A DNA stretch of 64,000 nucleotides from Tetramitus jugosus (Eukaryota > Protista > Heterolobosea). Within the stretch, counting starts at the first letter, position 1; the number at the start of each line of letters is the position of its first letter. The DNA lies in the NCBI GenBank assembly GCA_937625935.1, contig OW569344.1:310001-374000 (forward strand). Direction: 5' to 3'. A model generated the notes under the pieces. It searched no databases. It was not told where the DNA came from and saw nothing but the letters and a program-made list of their open reading frames with translations. Below, piece after piece: positions 53,316 to 63,255 of the stretch. The position numbers and the translations under genes were made by a program.

Positions 53316-54236
53316 ATGATCTCATTTGCATTCGTGTGTGCAAGTAATCAAAACAGATCCATGGCTGCTCATTCAGCCTTTCTAGAGAAATCAATCTTTC
53401 AAACCAACAACAGTAGTAACAACAGTAGCAACAGCAATCCAAACACCACACAAAGAACAACAATTATTCACAACAATGTTACATTTACAGTCAAGAGCTA
53501 TGGCACGGGATCACAAGTCAAATTGCCTGGTAAGACACTTGCAGAACCAAATACTTATCCGTTCGGTACACCGTACATTGACATGTACAATGATTTAAAG
53601 AAGAAGGATGAGAGATTCTATGTTCAAAACGGGTTGTTGCCCATGTTGAAACGAAATGCTGGAATCAAGATGGCACCAGAGAGGTGGCACGAGAAGGATC
53701 GACCCTTTCACAACATTGTCTTCACGTTTGAAGACAGAGTGTTTGATGCCGTAGTGGACTCGATTGTTGGTGGTTATGGAACACAGTTGGCTGATCAATC
53801 CACAGCAGGTGACAATAGCAGTAGCAACACTAACAGTAGTAGCAGTAGCGGTAGTAGTAACAGTAGTAGTAGTAGCAATCTCAATGACAATAGCAATTCC
53901 ATCACAAGATATTGCAGTGGACCTGTTCACGTTCTCAATTTGAATGTCAAGGACAATCATGAAGAAGCACAGAAGAATGCAAAGATTGTGGCTGATTTGT
54001 GCGAAGAGTTTATACTGCACACGGCAGACATGATTCACAACAATAGTAGTAGTAGCAACAACAACAATAAGAATAGCGTGGATAGTACAACGGATAGGAT
54101 GAATGATGATAATGATGATCAGTATCCTCAAACAGCCATGTACGATGATTGGGAGAGCGCCATTGATCCATTGATACGAAAGTTTGAAAAGATGTACAAG
54201 AAGCGCATTTATCACCTCGTTCTATTCGAGTCATAG
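53316..54236 (+). CDS. SSU72: Pol II CTD phosphatase Ssu72
   Basis: VCASNQNRSMAAH, SYGTGSQVKLPG, PNTYPFGTPY, NGLLPMLKRN, PVHVLNLNVKDNHEEA. Confidence 0.95.
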   Translation: MISFAFVCASNQNRSMAAHSAFLEKSIFQTNNSSNNSSNSNPNTTQRTTIIHNNVTFTVKSYGTGSQVKLPGKTLAEPNTYPFGTPYIDMYNDLKKKDERFYVQNGLLPMLKRNAGIKMAPERWHEKDRPFHNIVFTFEDRVFDAVVDSIVGGYGTQLADQSTAGDNSSSNTNSSSSSGSSNSSSSSNLNDNSNSITRYCSGPVHVLNLNVKDNHEEAQKNAKIVADLCEEFILHTADMIHNNSSSSNNNNKNSVDSTTDRMNDDNDDQYPQTAMYDDWESAIDPLIRKFEKMYKKRIYHLVLFES

Positions 54237-54333
54237 TATCATGAAACTGAACGAACAACCCTCTTGATATGTTGACCAACATTTACTCAGTAGATAATAA
54301 AAACAAGAATCTGAATAGCGCACTTGGGTTTTA

Positions 54334-54860
54334 TTATTGCTTCATTTTTGATAGACCGTGCTTTTGCATGGTTTCTTCAATTTGTTCCACAGACAACTCT
54401 CTCATGTCATACTCTCGAGTCACGAGTCCACTTGGATCATAAATGATCAACTTTGGATACTCACCAATGAACATGGTTTGCAATCCAGTGCTAATTAATA
54501 AAGAGAGTGTTGTGTGTGAGAACTGTGTGTACAGTGAAACAACAAATATGCACCAACAACCAATACTATGCAACAACATCACTCATACTATTTCATAGAT
54601 TGTTTCATGATAAAGTCTCTTGCTCCAGAAAATGCGTTCAAACATGGCCCAATGCATGTTTCAATTCTTGCCAAGTCCTTTTGGTCTTGGAATGGCTTAT
54701 CAGCAGCATTTGGATTAATGTACTCTCTAAACTTTTCTTCGACAGGTTGTTGTTGTTGTTGTTGTTCATTGGCCAATGTTGGTTGAATCATCATGGTCAT
54801 CATGACAACTATGGTGACAAGGAGCGCAAACAATAAAAATACAGTTCTTTTCATCATCAT
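54334..54860 (-). CDS. Sep15/SelM-family ER thioredoxin-like protein, non-selenocysteine form (intron 54491-54588)
   Basis: Signal peptide, then ARIETCIGPCLNAFSGARDFI...Y|TGLQTMFIGEYPKLIIYD...REYDMRELSVEQIEETMQKHG. Aligns with SelM ARVETCGGUQLN...PELVL...ERIPLSEMTREEI. Confidence 0.75.
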
Positions 54861-55070
54861 GATTCGTTATTTCGTTGTTATTGTGTTTCTGGGTTGGTCA
54901 GTGTTTCTGTTTGAGTTTTGACTTTGCGTGGTGGTCATCAACTCCGAATCAGAATCTCCACACAATCGGAGTTTCGCCACCAATAAAAATACTATCGAAT
55001 ACACGTGTACTTGTCGTCCAGACCAATACAATGCAAGCATCGTCATCTTTTTGTTGTTAATGAAGTTTAT

Positions 55071-56705
55071 TTAAGCTCTGTTGCTCTTTTTCTTCTTGTT
55101 TGCACCAGTCTTGATGCTTTCATTTGGATTCCTGCGTCCATAACCGTTCCAGACTCTGTTGAAGCGTTCATAGGGTCTGCCCTTGTGAGCTCCACCTGCA
55201 AAGGAACTCTCAAATGTGTACTCTGGTTCCCAGACATCGCCACCAAACGAATCAGTTCCACCTCTCTTGGACAGTGAAATCTTGGACTTGAGTGGTTTGC
55301 CTTCCTTGAAGAGAGAGAGTTGATCTTCACGCAAGATGGGATCACGTGAATTTCTACCACCCTTTGGCAATGGAATCACATACTTTGCACCTCTCGTGTT
55401 AATCTTTCTCTTGGGGTTGTAGTAGAACTTTGCTTCTCCCTTGTCATTGATGACACAAGACACCTTCTTCAGAGTGTCGTTACCACAGTTTGGACAAAAG
55501 ATTCTTCTCTGATCAGGTACCAGTGTGTCACATGCATAACAACGGTTGACGAATCGAGTCAAATGCCGAATACGTCTTCCATCCACAGAAACAAGATTGA
55601 GACCAATGTGCAACAACACGTTTTGCATGGAGAAATCTGTTGTGATACATCCGACTTTTCTCTCGGGAACAATGACAGCAGGGGTAGCTGTAGAGCTGTT
55701 ACTGCTGCTACTCTCTGTATTGTTGTTGACCACATGATCAGTGATAGCAGCGGATTGATCATCCCACTGTTCATCATTTCCCTCCAAACTCCTATTCTTG
55801 TATCGATCAATATTGTCGTGTGTGATCCATTCACCACCTTCTTCTTCATTGTCCTCATACTCGTCATCACTATTTGCTTGATATTCCTCTTCTTCTTCTT
55901 CTTCATCATCATCATTCTTGTTGTTGTTCACCTTGGCACCATCTGCACCCTTTCTAATGTTTTTAACAACCTTTTTTGGAGTTTCCCATCCATCGTCTTC
56001 TTCTTCATTCTCTTGATTGAATTCTTCTTCTAATTCTTCTTCTGATTCTTCTTCTGACTCTTCATGCTCCACACCACTCAACTCCTTCAACAATTCTGTA
56101 AATGGAGTCAATTGCACCTTTCTGTATCCATCAATAGCAAGGGAAGGTGGTTCTGGTTTAATGTTCACATCTCCATTCACTTCCAATTCCAATTCATAGG
56201 TCAATGCGAGAACACTCAAATCAGTCTTACTCAACCCAGCATAATCACCAGTCTTTTGAGCATAATTGTTGACAACAGCCATGGATTCACTCGTAGGATT
56301 TCTCACCTTGATCTCAAATGGGAAAATCAATAGCTTTTGTTTTGATTTGGATGATTTGATTTCTGTGAGAACGAGAGGTGTCGTATAGAACTCACTTCCA
56401 TACTTTTCCAACTTTGCTGAATGGATAATGGCACCAGAATCAATGACAATCTTTTTTTGAATGGCAAGTGATAGATTTGATTGTTGTTGAGAGTCGGTCA
56501 AGTATGGTACGTAGTTGGCTGAAGGAGTAGCGGATGTAATTGTTGATGATGACTGTTTTTTAGATTGCAACTCGACGTACATGGGCGAGTGAAAAGAAGT
56601 GGTGATTTCCTGTGTGGCTTTTTCTCCGAGTTCATTCGATGCCAATGGAACACTCCATGCATTGGTGTTGTCCTCGTGTTGTGTACTAGCGGTGGTGGTG
56701 CTCAT
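55071..56705 (-). CDS. NOB1: 20S pre-rRNA endonuclease NOB1
   Basis: PIN domain IVIDSGAII, TGDYAGLSKTDLSVLALTYELE, EWIT, TTDFSMQNVLL. Zinc ribbon RCYAC...FCPNCGN. Confidence 0.95.
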   Translation of the reverse strand: MSTTTASTQHEDNTNAWSVPLASNELGEKATQEITTSFHSPMYVELQSKKQSSSTITSATPSANYVPYLTDSQQQSNLSLAIQKKIVIDSGAIIHSAKLEKYGSEFYTTPLVLTEIKSSKSKQKLLIFPFEIKVRNPTSESMAVVNNYAQKTGDYAGLSKTDLSVLALTYELELEVNGDVNIKPEPPSLAIDGYRKVQLTPFTELLKELSGVEHEESEEESEEELEEEFNQENEEEDDGWETPKKVVKNIRKGADGAKVNNNKNDDDEEEEEEEYQANSDDEYEDNEEEGGEWITHDNIDRYKNRSLEGNDEQWDDQSAAITDHVVNNNTESSSSNSSTATPAVIVPERKVGCITTDFSMQNVLLHIGLNLVSVDGRRIRHLTRFVNRCYACDTLVPDQRRIFCPNCGNDTLKKVSCVINDKGEAKFYYNPKRKINTRGAKYVIPLPKGGRNSRDPILREDQLSLFKEGKPLKSKISLSKRGGTDSFGGDVWEPEYTFESSFAGGAHKGRPYERFNRVWNGYGRRNPNESIKTGANKKKKSNRA

Positions 56706-56907
56706 TTACGATTTATTGTTGTTGTTGTTGTTGTTAATTGAGGTTAATTGAGGTTGGTGGTGCGCAGGAATTTGCCGACTTTTTCAGCTGCTTCAATTTG
56801 AGAGTTGGTGTTTTCACACTCTGCAATTCGATTGAAGGTTCATTGTCGTGAAATTCTTTTCCGCGCCCAGAACACAAGAAGTCAAGAAAAATAAAATCAA
56901 GCATAAC

Positions 56908-59622
56908 ATGAAGCGATCACACATGCCGGCTGCTACAATTGATGACGATGATGAAAAGGATGAAATGAACACTTGGGTGGATGTGACTGCCATGTTGAAT
57001 GACACGTGCAACAATGAATTGTCACTGGGTCAAATGATTCATCATCCCACAGAGTTCAATCTCATGAATGTGATGCAAGCCATGGAGATGATGGATCCAA
57101 AGATGGATCAAACCATGATCATGATGAAGAATCACAGTGAATCAACACTCAACATTAAAACCATCAACCAACACCTCTCTCATAACTCCATTCCACACTT
57201 GAGTGAACTGTCAGTAGAAGAAGTGATTCGATTGATGGATGAGTTGTTGTGTGCAAAAATGTCATGGTTCAATGGTCATGCACTACCACAGACTGTGTTT
57301 ACATGTGTGTATTTGAGTGATGAGACGTACTTGGATCAACAATTGAATCAATTATCATCTCAACAATCATCTCAACAATCATCACAACAACAATCATCTC
57401 AACAACAAAAGAAGTCTCTTTTACTTCGATGCATCATCTACTACATCAAGTGCATGTTGAAGACAATTGATGAATTGAGATCAGTCATGGAGAGAACAGA
57501 GTGCAGAGAAGAAGAAGAGTTCACCTATAATCCATTAGGTTGTTACTTGTCAGGCAATGATTCACCAAAGCGCATACTACTCGAAATGAATCAACTGGAA
57601 AAAAAGTTGAATGATTGTATTCATCACTATTCGACTCATCACTTGGAGTATGATGCCTATTTTGATTCCATTGTCTATCCACTAAACAATAATACTCATA
57701 ATAATAATGCTGATGAACATGACAAGAGAAGAGAGTATGAAGTATTGGTGTTGAAATCACTACTCTCTCGCATCTCCTATTGTAATTCATTCTATCACAT
57801 GCACTATCACTCGCATGATCCTTCCAATGTGGATTATTCGCTCATTAAGAAACATGTCTTGAACTGCAAGAAATCATATAGGACAATGATTGAAACAAGA
57901 AATCAACTCAATGCTACTGCTACTGCTACTGCTACTGCTACTACTACTACTACCACTAGTACAACTACTACCTATTCCTTCTTTGATACCTTCTTGATCA
58001 ACAAGTACAGTTCACCAACACCATTGAACGCTGTTGAACTCTTGTCATTCAACAATGAACTGCACAGTCAAGTCAATGACTACGTGTCTCAGATGGACAG
58101 GCTGTTTACCAATTTGCATCGATTGAAAGTGGCATCTACTACATTGCCACCTGTTGTTGTTGCACAGTCATCCAACAATGATCAAGATAGTAACACGGTT
58201 GGCACACGATTGCAAGTGAGTCAAGTATCTGGCTGTACGGTCATGATGGATCTACTACAGTTTGTCAAACAATTTTCAGAGTCGAATCCACATGTTTTGA
58301 TTCGTTGTCGACTCATGCATCTCCTAGTGGTGAATCAAAAGTTATTGAACGGTTCATGCTCATTCCAAGCCATTATTGTCAAATATCTGTATCATTGTGT
58401 TCCATGTCTCACAGAGTACCACAGAGAGGCACTGAGTGATTGGGACAGTAATCAAACCATGATTGCCTTCATTGACTATTTTGCCAATACATTGTATCGA
58501 CTGTGTAACGAATACAGTAACAATAGAAGTCGATTGAGAAGGAGGCTTGTCGGTCTCTTCTCTGATTTGGCCCAATTGGAATCAAAGGCTGAGAACTTGG
58601 ATTTCGATATGGCGAGCCAGCATCAGATCGAGATGAGACCTGAACTATTCTGTCTTACATTTGCTGTGATTGATTTGATTTGTCAGGCAATCGAGGACTA
58701 CATCAAACTAGGGTTTGAACTAGAGCTCTATCACTACACTGAATACAAGTACGTCTACTGGTATTTGGAATATTTGACTCATGTGAAGATTTTGAACACT
58801 CAGAGATTCTATTCGAACACGGATCAGTTCTTGCCTGCCAAATATCTGACCAGCATACAAAAGAAAAAGATCAAGAGCAAGAAGGGTGGTAGCAAGTCTC
58901 AATTAGATGACATATCTGCCATTGTCGAAGAGTTGAATTCCTCGGACAAGAAGGGCAACAACAAGAAGAAGAAGACTCCAGCAACAAACAACACGAGCAC
59001 CACAAATAAGAAGAAGAAGAATGCAGCAAGCTCAGGCATCAATGTCAATCCATCTGCTGCTGACAAGGTAGAACCCTATGTTGTTGATCCACTAAAGATA
59101 CAGACGGAGCGATTGATGAATGAAGCACAATTGGTCATGTGTCGAGGAATAGTGAGAACGATTGCTCAGTTGGAGCATGGCCACGGTTTCTCTCTCACTG
59201 CCAATGACTTACCATTTGGCAACGAGCAATACAACTATGAGAGAAGGTTTGATGTATTGCACAATTTGGTGCAACCACCCTTGAAGACATATGAGGACTT
59301 CAAGAAGAGCACTGACTTTTTGAGCCAAGTGTCCAGCGACCAATTCTTGTTGGCTCTCCTGGACCATTACTCATCCATCTCTCAAATGGTGGACTCTGTA
59401 CTCGTTGGGAAAGCTTCTTCTGGCTACAAACTCAGTTCCGAACAGGTCAATCATCTCAAGGCAATTCAAAAGGTTGCCAACACGAATCGCATTGGTCTAA
59501 CACTGGCTCAAAAATACAAGCAAGGCGAAGAAGGCACGAACCCATCCAGTTCAATGAAGAAACCAACATTTGATTTCTCAACAATTTGCCCCTACCCAGT
59601 CATCAAGATTCCAAGACAATAA
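56908..59622 (+). CDS. NAA35: NatC auxiliary subunit NAA35/Mak10
   Basis: WVDVT, FNLMNVMQAMEMMDPKMD, SWFNGHALPQTVFTCVY, EEEEF, NRSRLRR, LGFELELY...EYKYVYWYL, YERRF. Confidence 0.93.
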   Translation: MKRSHMPAATIDDDDEKDEMNTWVDVTAMLNDTCNNELSLGQMIHHPTEFNLMNVMQAMEMMDPKMDQTMIMMKNHSESTLNIKTINQHLSHNSIPHLSELSVEEVIRLMDELLCAKMSWFNGHALPQTVFTCVYLSDETYLDQQLNQLSSQQSSQQSSQQQSSQQQKKSLLLRCIIYYIKCMLKTIDELRSVMERTECREEEEFTYNPLGCYLSGNDSPKRILLEMNQLEKKLNDCIHHYSTHHLEYDAYFDSIVYPLNNNTHNNNADEHDKRREYEVLVLKSLLSRISYCNSFYHMHYHSHDPSNVDYSLIKKHVLNCKKSYRTMIETRNQLNATATATATATTTTTTSTTTTYSFFDTFLINKYSSPTPLNAVELLSFNNELHSQVNDYVSQMDRLFTNLHRLKVASTTLPPVVVAQSSNNDQDSNTVGTRLQVSQVSGCTVMMDLLQFVKQFSESNPHVLIRCRLMHLLVVNQKLLNGSCSFQAIIVKYLYHCVPCLTEYHREALSDWDSNQTMIAFIDYFANTLYRLCNEYSNNRSRLRRRLVGLFSDLAQLESKAENLDFDMASQHQIEMRPELFCLTFAVIDLICQAIEDYIKLGFELELYHYTEYKYVYWYLEYLTHVKILNTQRFYSNTDQFLPAKYLTSIQKKKIKSKKGGSKSQLDDISAIVEELNSSDKKGNNKKKKTPATNNTSTTNKKKKNAASSGINVNPSAADKVEPYVVDPLKIQTERLMNEAQLVMCRGIVRTIAQLEHGHGFSLTANDLPFGNEQYNYERRFDVLHNLVQPPLKTYEDFKKSTDFLSQVSSDQFLLALLDHYSSISQMVDSVLVGKASSGYKLSSEQVNHLKAIQKVANTNRIGLTLAQKYKQGEEGTNPSSSMKKPTFDFSTICPYPVIKIPRQ

Positions 59623-59703
59623 ATTTGTCTCAATAGTAAAAAGTTGCATGCAAATGAGTTTGTTGTTGTTGTTATTGTACATTTATACATAGATATGTTT
59701 GCT

Positions 59704-60801
59704 TCAGTAGAGAGAAACAAGCCGATTACTTTCGAGACTGAGTTGACGAATGCTGACTCTTCCTTCTCGTTCAATGTAATGTGTCACATTGTTCAACTCT
59801 TCCTGTGTAATGTAGATGAATTTGCCTCTATCGTCCAAGATACCAGTCAACACACCTGATTGTAACCAATGTTCAATCCGTTGTATCACTTGCTCATTCT
59901 TAATTTGAAATTGAGAGGCCACATCTTCCAACATGACCACCTTTTGAGATTGAATATAGTCAATCATGGCTCGTTCCTGTTGCTGCTGTTGCTGTTGTTG
60001 TCTTTGCATCTGATGAGCATTGTCATCCATATTATCATCATCATCATCATCATCATTATCATTATCACTACTACCACCAACATTGAATTCATTGGCATGT
60101 TGTTCACCCATTTCAACTTCTTCAAACAAGTGTCTCCACTCATCATACTCCAATTGTGATTGTTTCATGCGTGCCATCTTCTCCTGATTCAACTGCTCCT
60201 TCTTCATCTCATACAAGTCTTGTCTCTTCTCATCCATCTCTCTATTCTTTCTGTGCTTGTCTTCTCTTCTCTGATAGGACTGTTGCATGTACTGTTGTCT
60301 TGCTTCTCTCTGCTTCTTCTTCTTCATCTTGCTGTACATTTTCTTGTATTGAGATGGATTGAACTGCAATTGATGATTCAATTGTGTGAGTTCTTCATTG
60401 GTGAACACACTTGTGTCATCTCCTTCTGCTTCGCCGCCTACTGCAGCAGTATTGACTTGATGATCATCATTATCACTACTACTGCTGCTACTGTTGTTGT
60501 TGTCATCTTCATCATTGATATTCGTTGTATGAGATGATGATGATGATGATGAAGATGCCATCATCATCATTTGACGTCGTCTACCCATGATGACTCTCTC
60601 ATGTCTACCATCATCATTTCTTCTGTGATTCATTGCTGTTGTTGTTTCATCATTGTCATCATGAATGTTGTTGTTGTTGTTGTCGTTTAGTGGCTGTAAT
60701 GTTGTTGTTGTTGTTGTTTTACTTGTAGTTGCGACAAGTAGTTTGTAGATGGGTATGATTAATACCATCAATATCGCTATTACAATTGCAATCGGACTCA
60801 T
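59704..60801 (-). CDS. DDRGK1: DDRGK domain protein 1 (UFM1 ligase adaptor)
   Basis: N-terminal membrane anchor, EYDEW, IDYIQSQKVVMLEDVASQF, LTGILDDRGKFIYITQEE...IEREGRVSIRQL. Confidence 0.93.
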   Translation of the reverse strand: MSPIAIVIAILMVLIIPIYKLLVATTSKTTTTTTLQPLNDNNNNNIHDDNDETTTAMNHRRNDDGRHERVIMGRRRQMMMMASSSSSSSSHTTNINDEDDNNNSSSSSSDNDDHQVNTAAVGGEAEGDDTSVFTNEELTQLNHQLQFNPSQYKKMYSKMKKKKQREARQQYMQQSYQRREDKHRKNREMDEKRQDLYEMKKEQLNQEKMARMKQSQLEYDEWRHLFEEVEMGEQHANEFNVGGSSDNDNDDDDDDDNMDDNAHQMQRQQQQQQQQERAMIDYIQSQKVVMLEDVASQFQIKNEQVIQRIEHWLQSGVLTGILDDRGKFIYITQEELNNVTHYIEREGRVSIRQLSLESNRLVSLY

Positions 60802-60929
60802 ATTCTGTTGTTGTTTTCTTGTGGGGCGGCAAATTTTGATGAGGAGAAATTCTGATCTTGATCCCGCCTGCCCAATCAACAACAAGCAAAAACAACTTTC
60901 AAGAAACAAACAAGAAACACTACATCCAA

Positions 60930-61429
60930 ATGTCATTCTCAATTGTCACAAGTGATAAGGCACCTGCTGCAGTCGGTCATTACTCCCATGCAATTAAGCA
61001 TGGAAATACATTGTATCTTTCTGGTCAAGTTGGTCTTGATCCAAGCACAATGGTATATATGCCACAGTTCTCATCCGTCATCCATCATCATCATTCTCCT
61101 TGTGTGTTTTTTTGAATTATTGTATTTTTGATGATGACTCTACTAACAAGTGTGTTCATGTATAGCAATTGGTGTCCACTACAAGTGTGGAAGAACAGGC
61201 AGAACAAGTGATGAAGAATATTAAGAATGTGTTGGAGAGTGCCAACTCATCATTGAATCAAGTGTTGAAGGTGACCATTCTGTTGACTGATATCAGTCAC
61301 TTCCAATTGGTCAACACTGTCTATGCCAAGTACTTTGGAGATCACAAGCCAGCCAGAGCATGCTATGCTGTTCATCAGTTGCCATTGAACTCACTGGTGG
61401 AGATTGAATGTATTGCTCACTGTGATTAA
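60930..61429 (+). CDS. RIDA: RidA/YjgF/UK114 imine deaminase (intron 61053-61165)
   Basis: [50 protein letters not shown]. Confidence 0.95.
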
Positions 61430-61533
61430 GTTTTTGTGTTTGTGTCTATTGAATCGGTGGTTATACGACTGATCAAAAGAATAGTAGTAGTAATAAATAT
61501 CCTATTATTCTCTCTCACTCGACTATTTGTGTT

Positions 61534-63087
61534 TTATTGAAATAGAGCACTGAACAGCAGTGGTAGTTCATGATTGATTGTATTTGATTCTACTGTTGCT
61601 GCAACAGTGTCTGTCGCACGTTGTGTAATCGATTGTTGTGGTTGTTGTTGTTGTTGTTGTTGTTGTTTCAAGTGAATGGACAAACTAGTTTCTTCACTTG
61701 TCAAATCATGAATCACGTGCTGCACCAATGGAAGTTGCTTGTCTACAATCAATTGATTGCACTCTGATATCATTTGATTCAAGTGTTGCATGTGACTCGA
61801 TATATGATTCATGTATTGTTCATACTGTGTCAATTGTTGTATCATGCATTGTATCATGTGTTCACTCGTGTGCACTAGTGAGAGTATACCACTACCATTA
61901 GTACTACTACTTGCATTGTTGTTGTTATGAGCAGCAGTAGTAGTAGTACTAGTAGTAGTAGTAGTCGTACTAGTCGTAGTAGATACAATGACATGCTTAC
62001 TGTATTCCAACAATTGAGTGTATTGTTGATACAATTGATAAAAGGAGTGAAATTGATCCATGAATTGTTTCATGTTCAAATACAGTTGTTGTATCAAGTC
62101 ATAAACGGTCATTTCATGTTGTTTGTCCATGTGTTTCAACCAATGATCCATGTACTGTTGTGTCATTTGAAACAATAGCACATGGGAGTGATACAATTGA
62201 GTCATACTGCTCTCTTCTTCTCTCTTCATGTGAGAGTGTACCATTGCATTGAGATAGGTGATTTGAAGAAGCATGGATTGAATACACTTGACATTCTGAA
62301 TGGTGGCTGGAGTGGTGAGATGATGATGATGCTGCAGTAGACTTGTTCTCTTCATCATGAGTGTCAATTGATTATTTCCATTCGTAGCAGTAGTAGTAGT
62401 AGTATTGTTGTTGTTGTTATTTCCATTGTTATGATTCGTATGAGTAGTATTGTTCGTGTTTGTAGTTGAAGCAATGGGGTTGTGTTGAAAAGAGAGTTTG
62501 CGTGTAGGTGTCATAAAGGTGGTACTGCTGCGTGGAGTACGTGGTGATAAAAGCACATGATTCAAATGGTTGTTGTGGGAGTGACGAGAGGGAGTACTTG
62601 CACCATGACTCAACTTTTGTTTCTTTGTTGGTTGTTGTTGTTGTTGTTGTTGATGTTGATTGTTGAATCGAGAGGGAGTCAATGGCATGAGAATATTGTC
62701 ACCATAGTATGGTTGTTGAGATGAAAAGGCAGAAGAACGATTAGGGGAGAACAACAATGAGTCATTGGTGCGCTTTCTACTACTATTACTATTACTATTA
62801 CTACTATTACTACTACTTGTATACTGATCTTTGTTTCCTAGGAGTGTACTTGTATGTTCATCGTTCTCCTCTCTTGTACTTTGGATGTTGTTGTTGTTGT
62901 TGTTTGCAAATAGTGAAAAGGAGGGTGCCTTGAACTGAGTCACACTTGAATCATAGTTTATTGTATGATTGCTGCTGGTTGGTAGATTGGTGGAATACAA
63001 TGATGGTCTCTTGTTGTTGCCATCATTGTTGTTGCTATTGCTGTCAAGTTGGGAGAAACATGATGATGATGAATGATAATGACTCAT
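61534..63087 (-). CDS. Low-complexity protein with C-terminal coiled coil, possibly augmin subunit 8 (HAUS8/QWRF-like)
   Basis: TP/SP-rich disordered N-terminus, then SMLLQITYLNAMV...EESSMTQLY, loosely similar to the QWRF core (LLQWRFANARA...AERSLY). Confidence 0.45.
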   Translation of the reverse strand: MSHYHSSSSCFSQLDSNSNNNDGNNKRPSLYSTNLPTSSNHTINYDSSVTQFKAPSFSLFANNNNNNIQSTREENDEHTSTLLGNKDQYTSSSNSSNSNSNSSRKRTNDSLLFSPNRSSAFSSQQPYYGDNILMPLTPSRFNNQHQQQQQQQPTKKQKLSHGASTPSRHSHNNHLNHVLLSPRTPRSSTTFMTPTRKLSFQHNPIASTTNTNNTTHTNHNNGNNNNNNTTTTTATNGNNQLTLMMKRTSLLQHHHHLTTPATIQNVKCIQSMLLQITYLNAMVHSHMKREEESSMTQLYHSHVLLFQMTQQYMDHWLKHMDKQHEMTVYDLIQQLYLNMKQFMDQFHSFYQLYQQYTQLLEYSKHVIVSTTTSTTTTTTSTTTTAAHNNNNASSSTNGSGILSLVHTSEHMIQCMIQQLTQYEQYMNHISSHMQHLNQMISECNQLIVDKQLPLVQHVIHDLTSEETSLSIHLKQQQQQQQQPQQSITQRATDTVAATVESNTINHELPLLFSALFQ

Positions 63088-63184
63088 GTTTGTAAACTCA
63101 CACACTGCTTGTTGTCTCTTTGTTCTTTCTTCTGAACAAGAATTGGGAGATCCAAAATCAGTTACCAGAAATTCAAATAATTTT

Positions 63185-63195
63185 TTTGGCGCCAA
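63185..63195. promoter_or_regulatory. E2F-consensus near-palindromic site TTTGGCGCCAA in a divergent promoter
   Basis: Exact TTTSSCGC match between the HAUS8-like gene and the last ORF. Confidence 0.35.
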
Positions 63196-63255
63196 CATGG
63201 TTGAAAGTGCAACCATAAAAAACACAAAGAATTATTGCAATATTTACTTTCAAGG

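Noticed and set aside
54240-54334. SECIS element for the SelM-like gene
   Set aside because: The spliced CDS has no in-frame TGA and I see no SECIS-like AUGA/GA stem.
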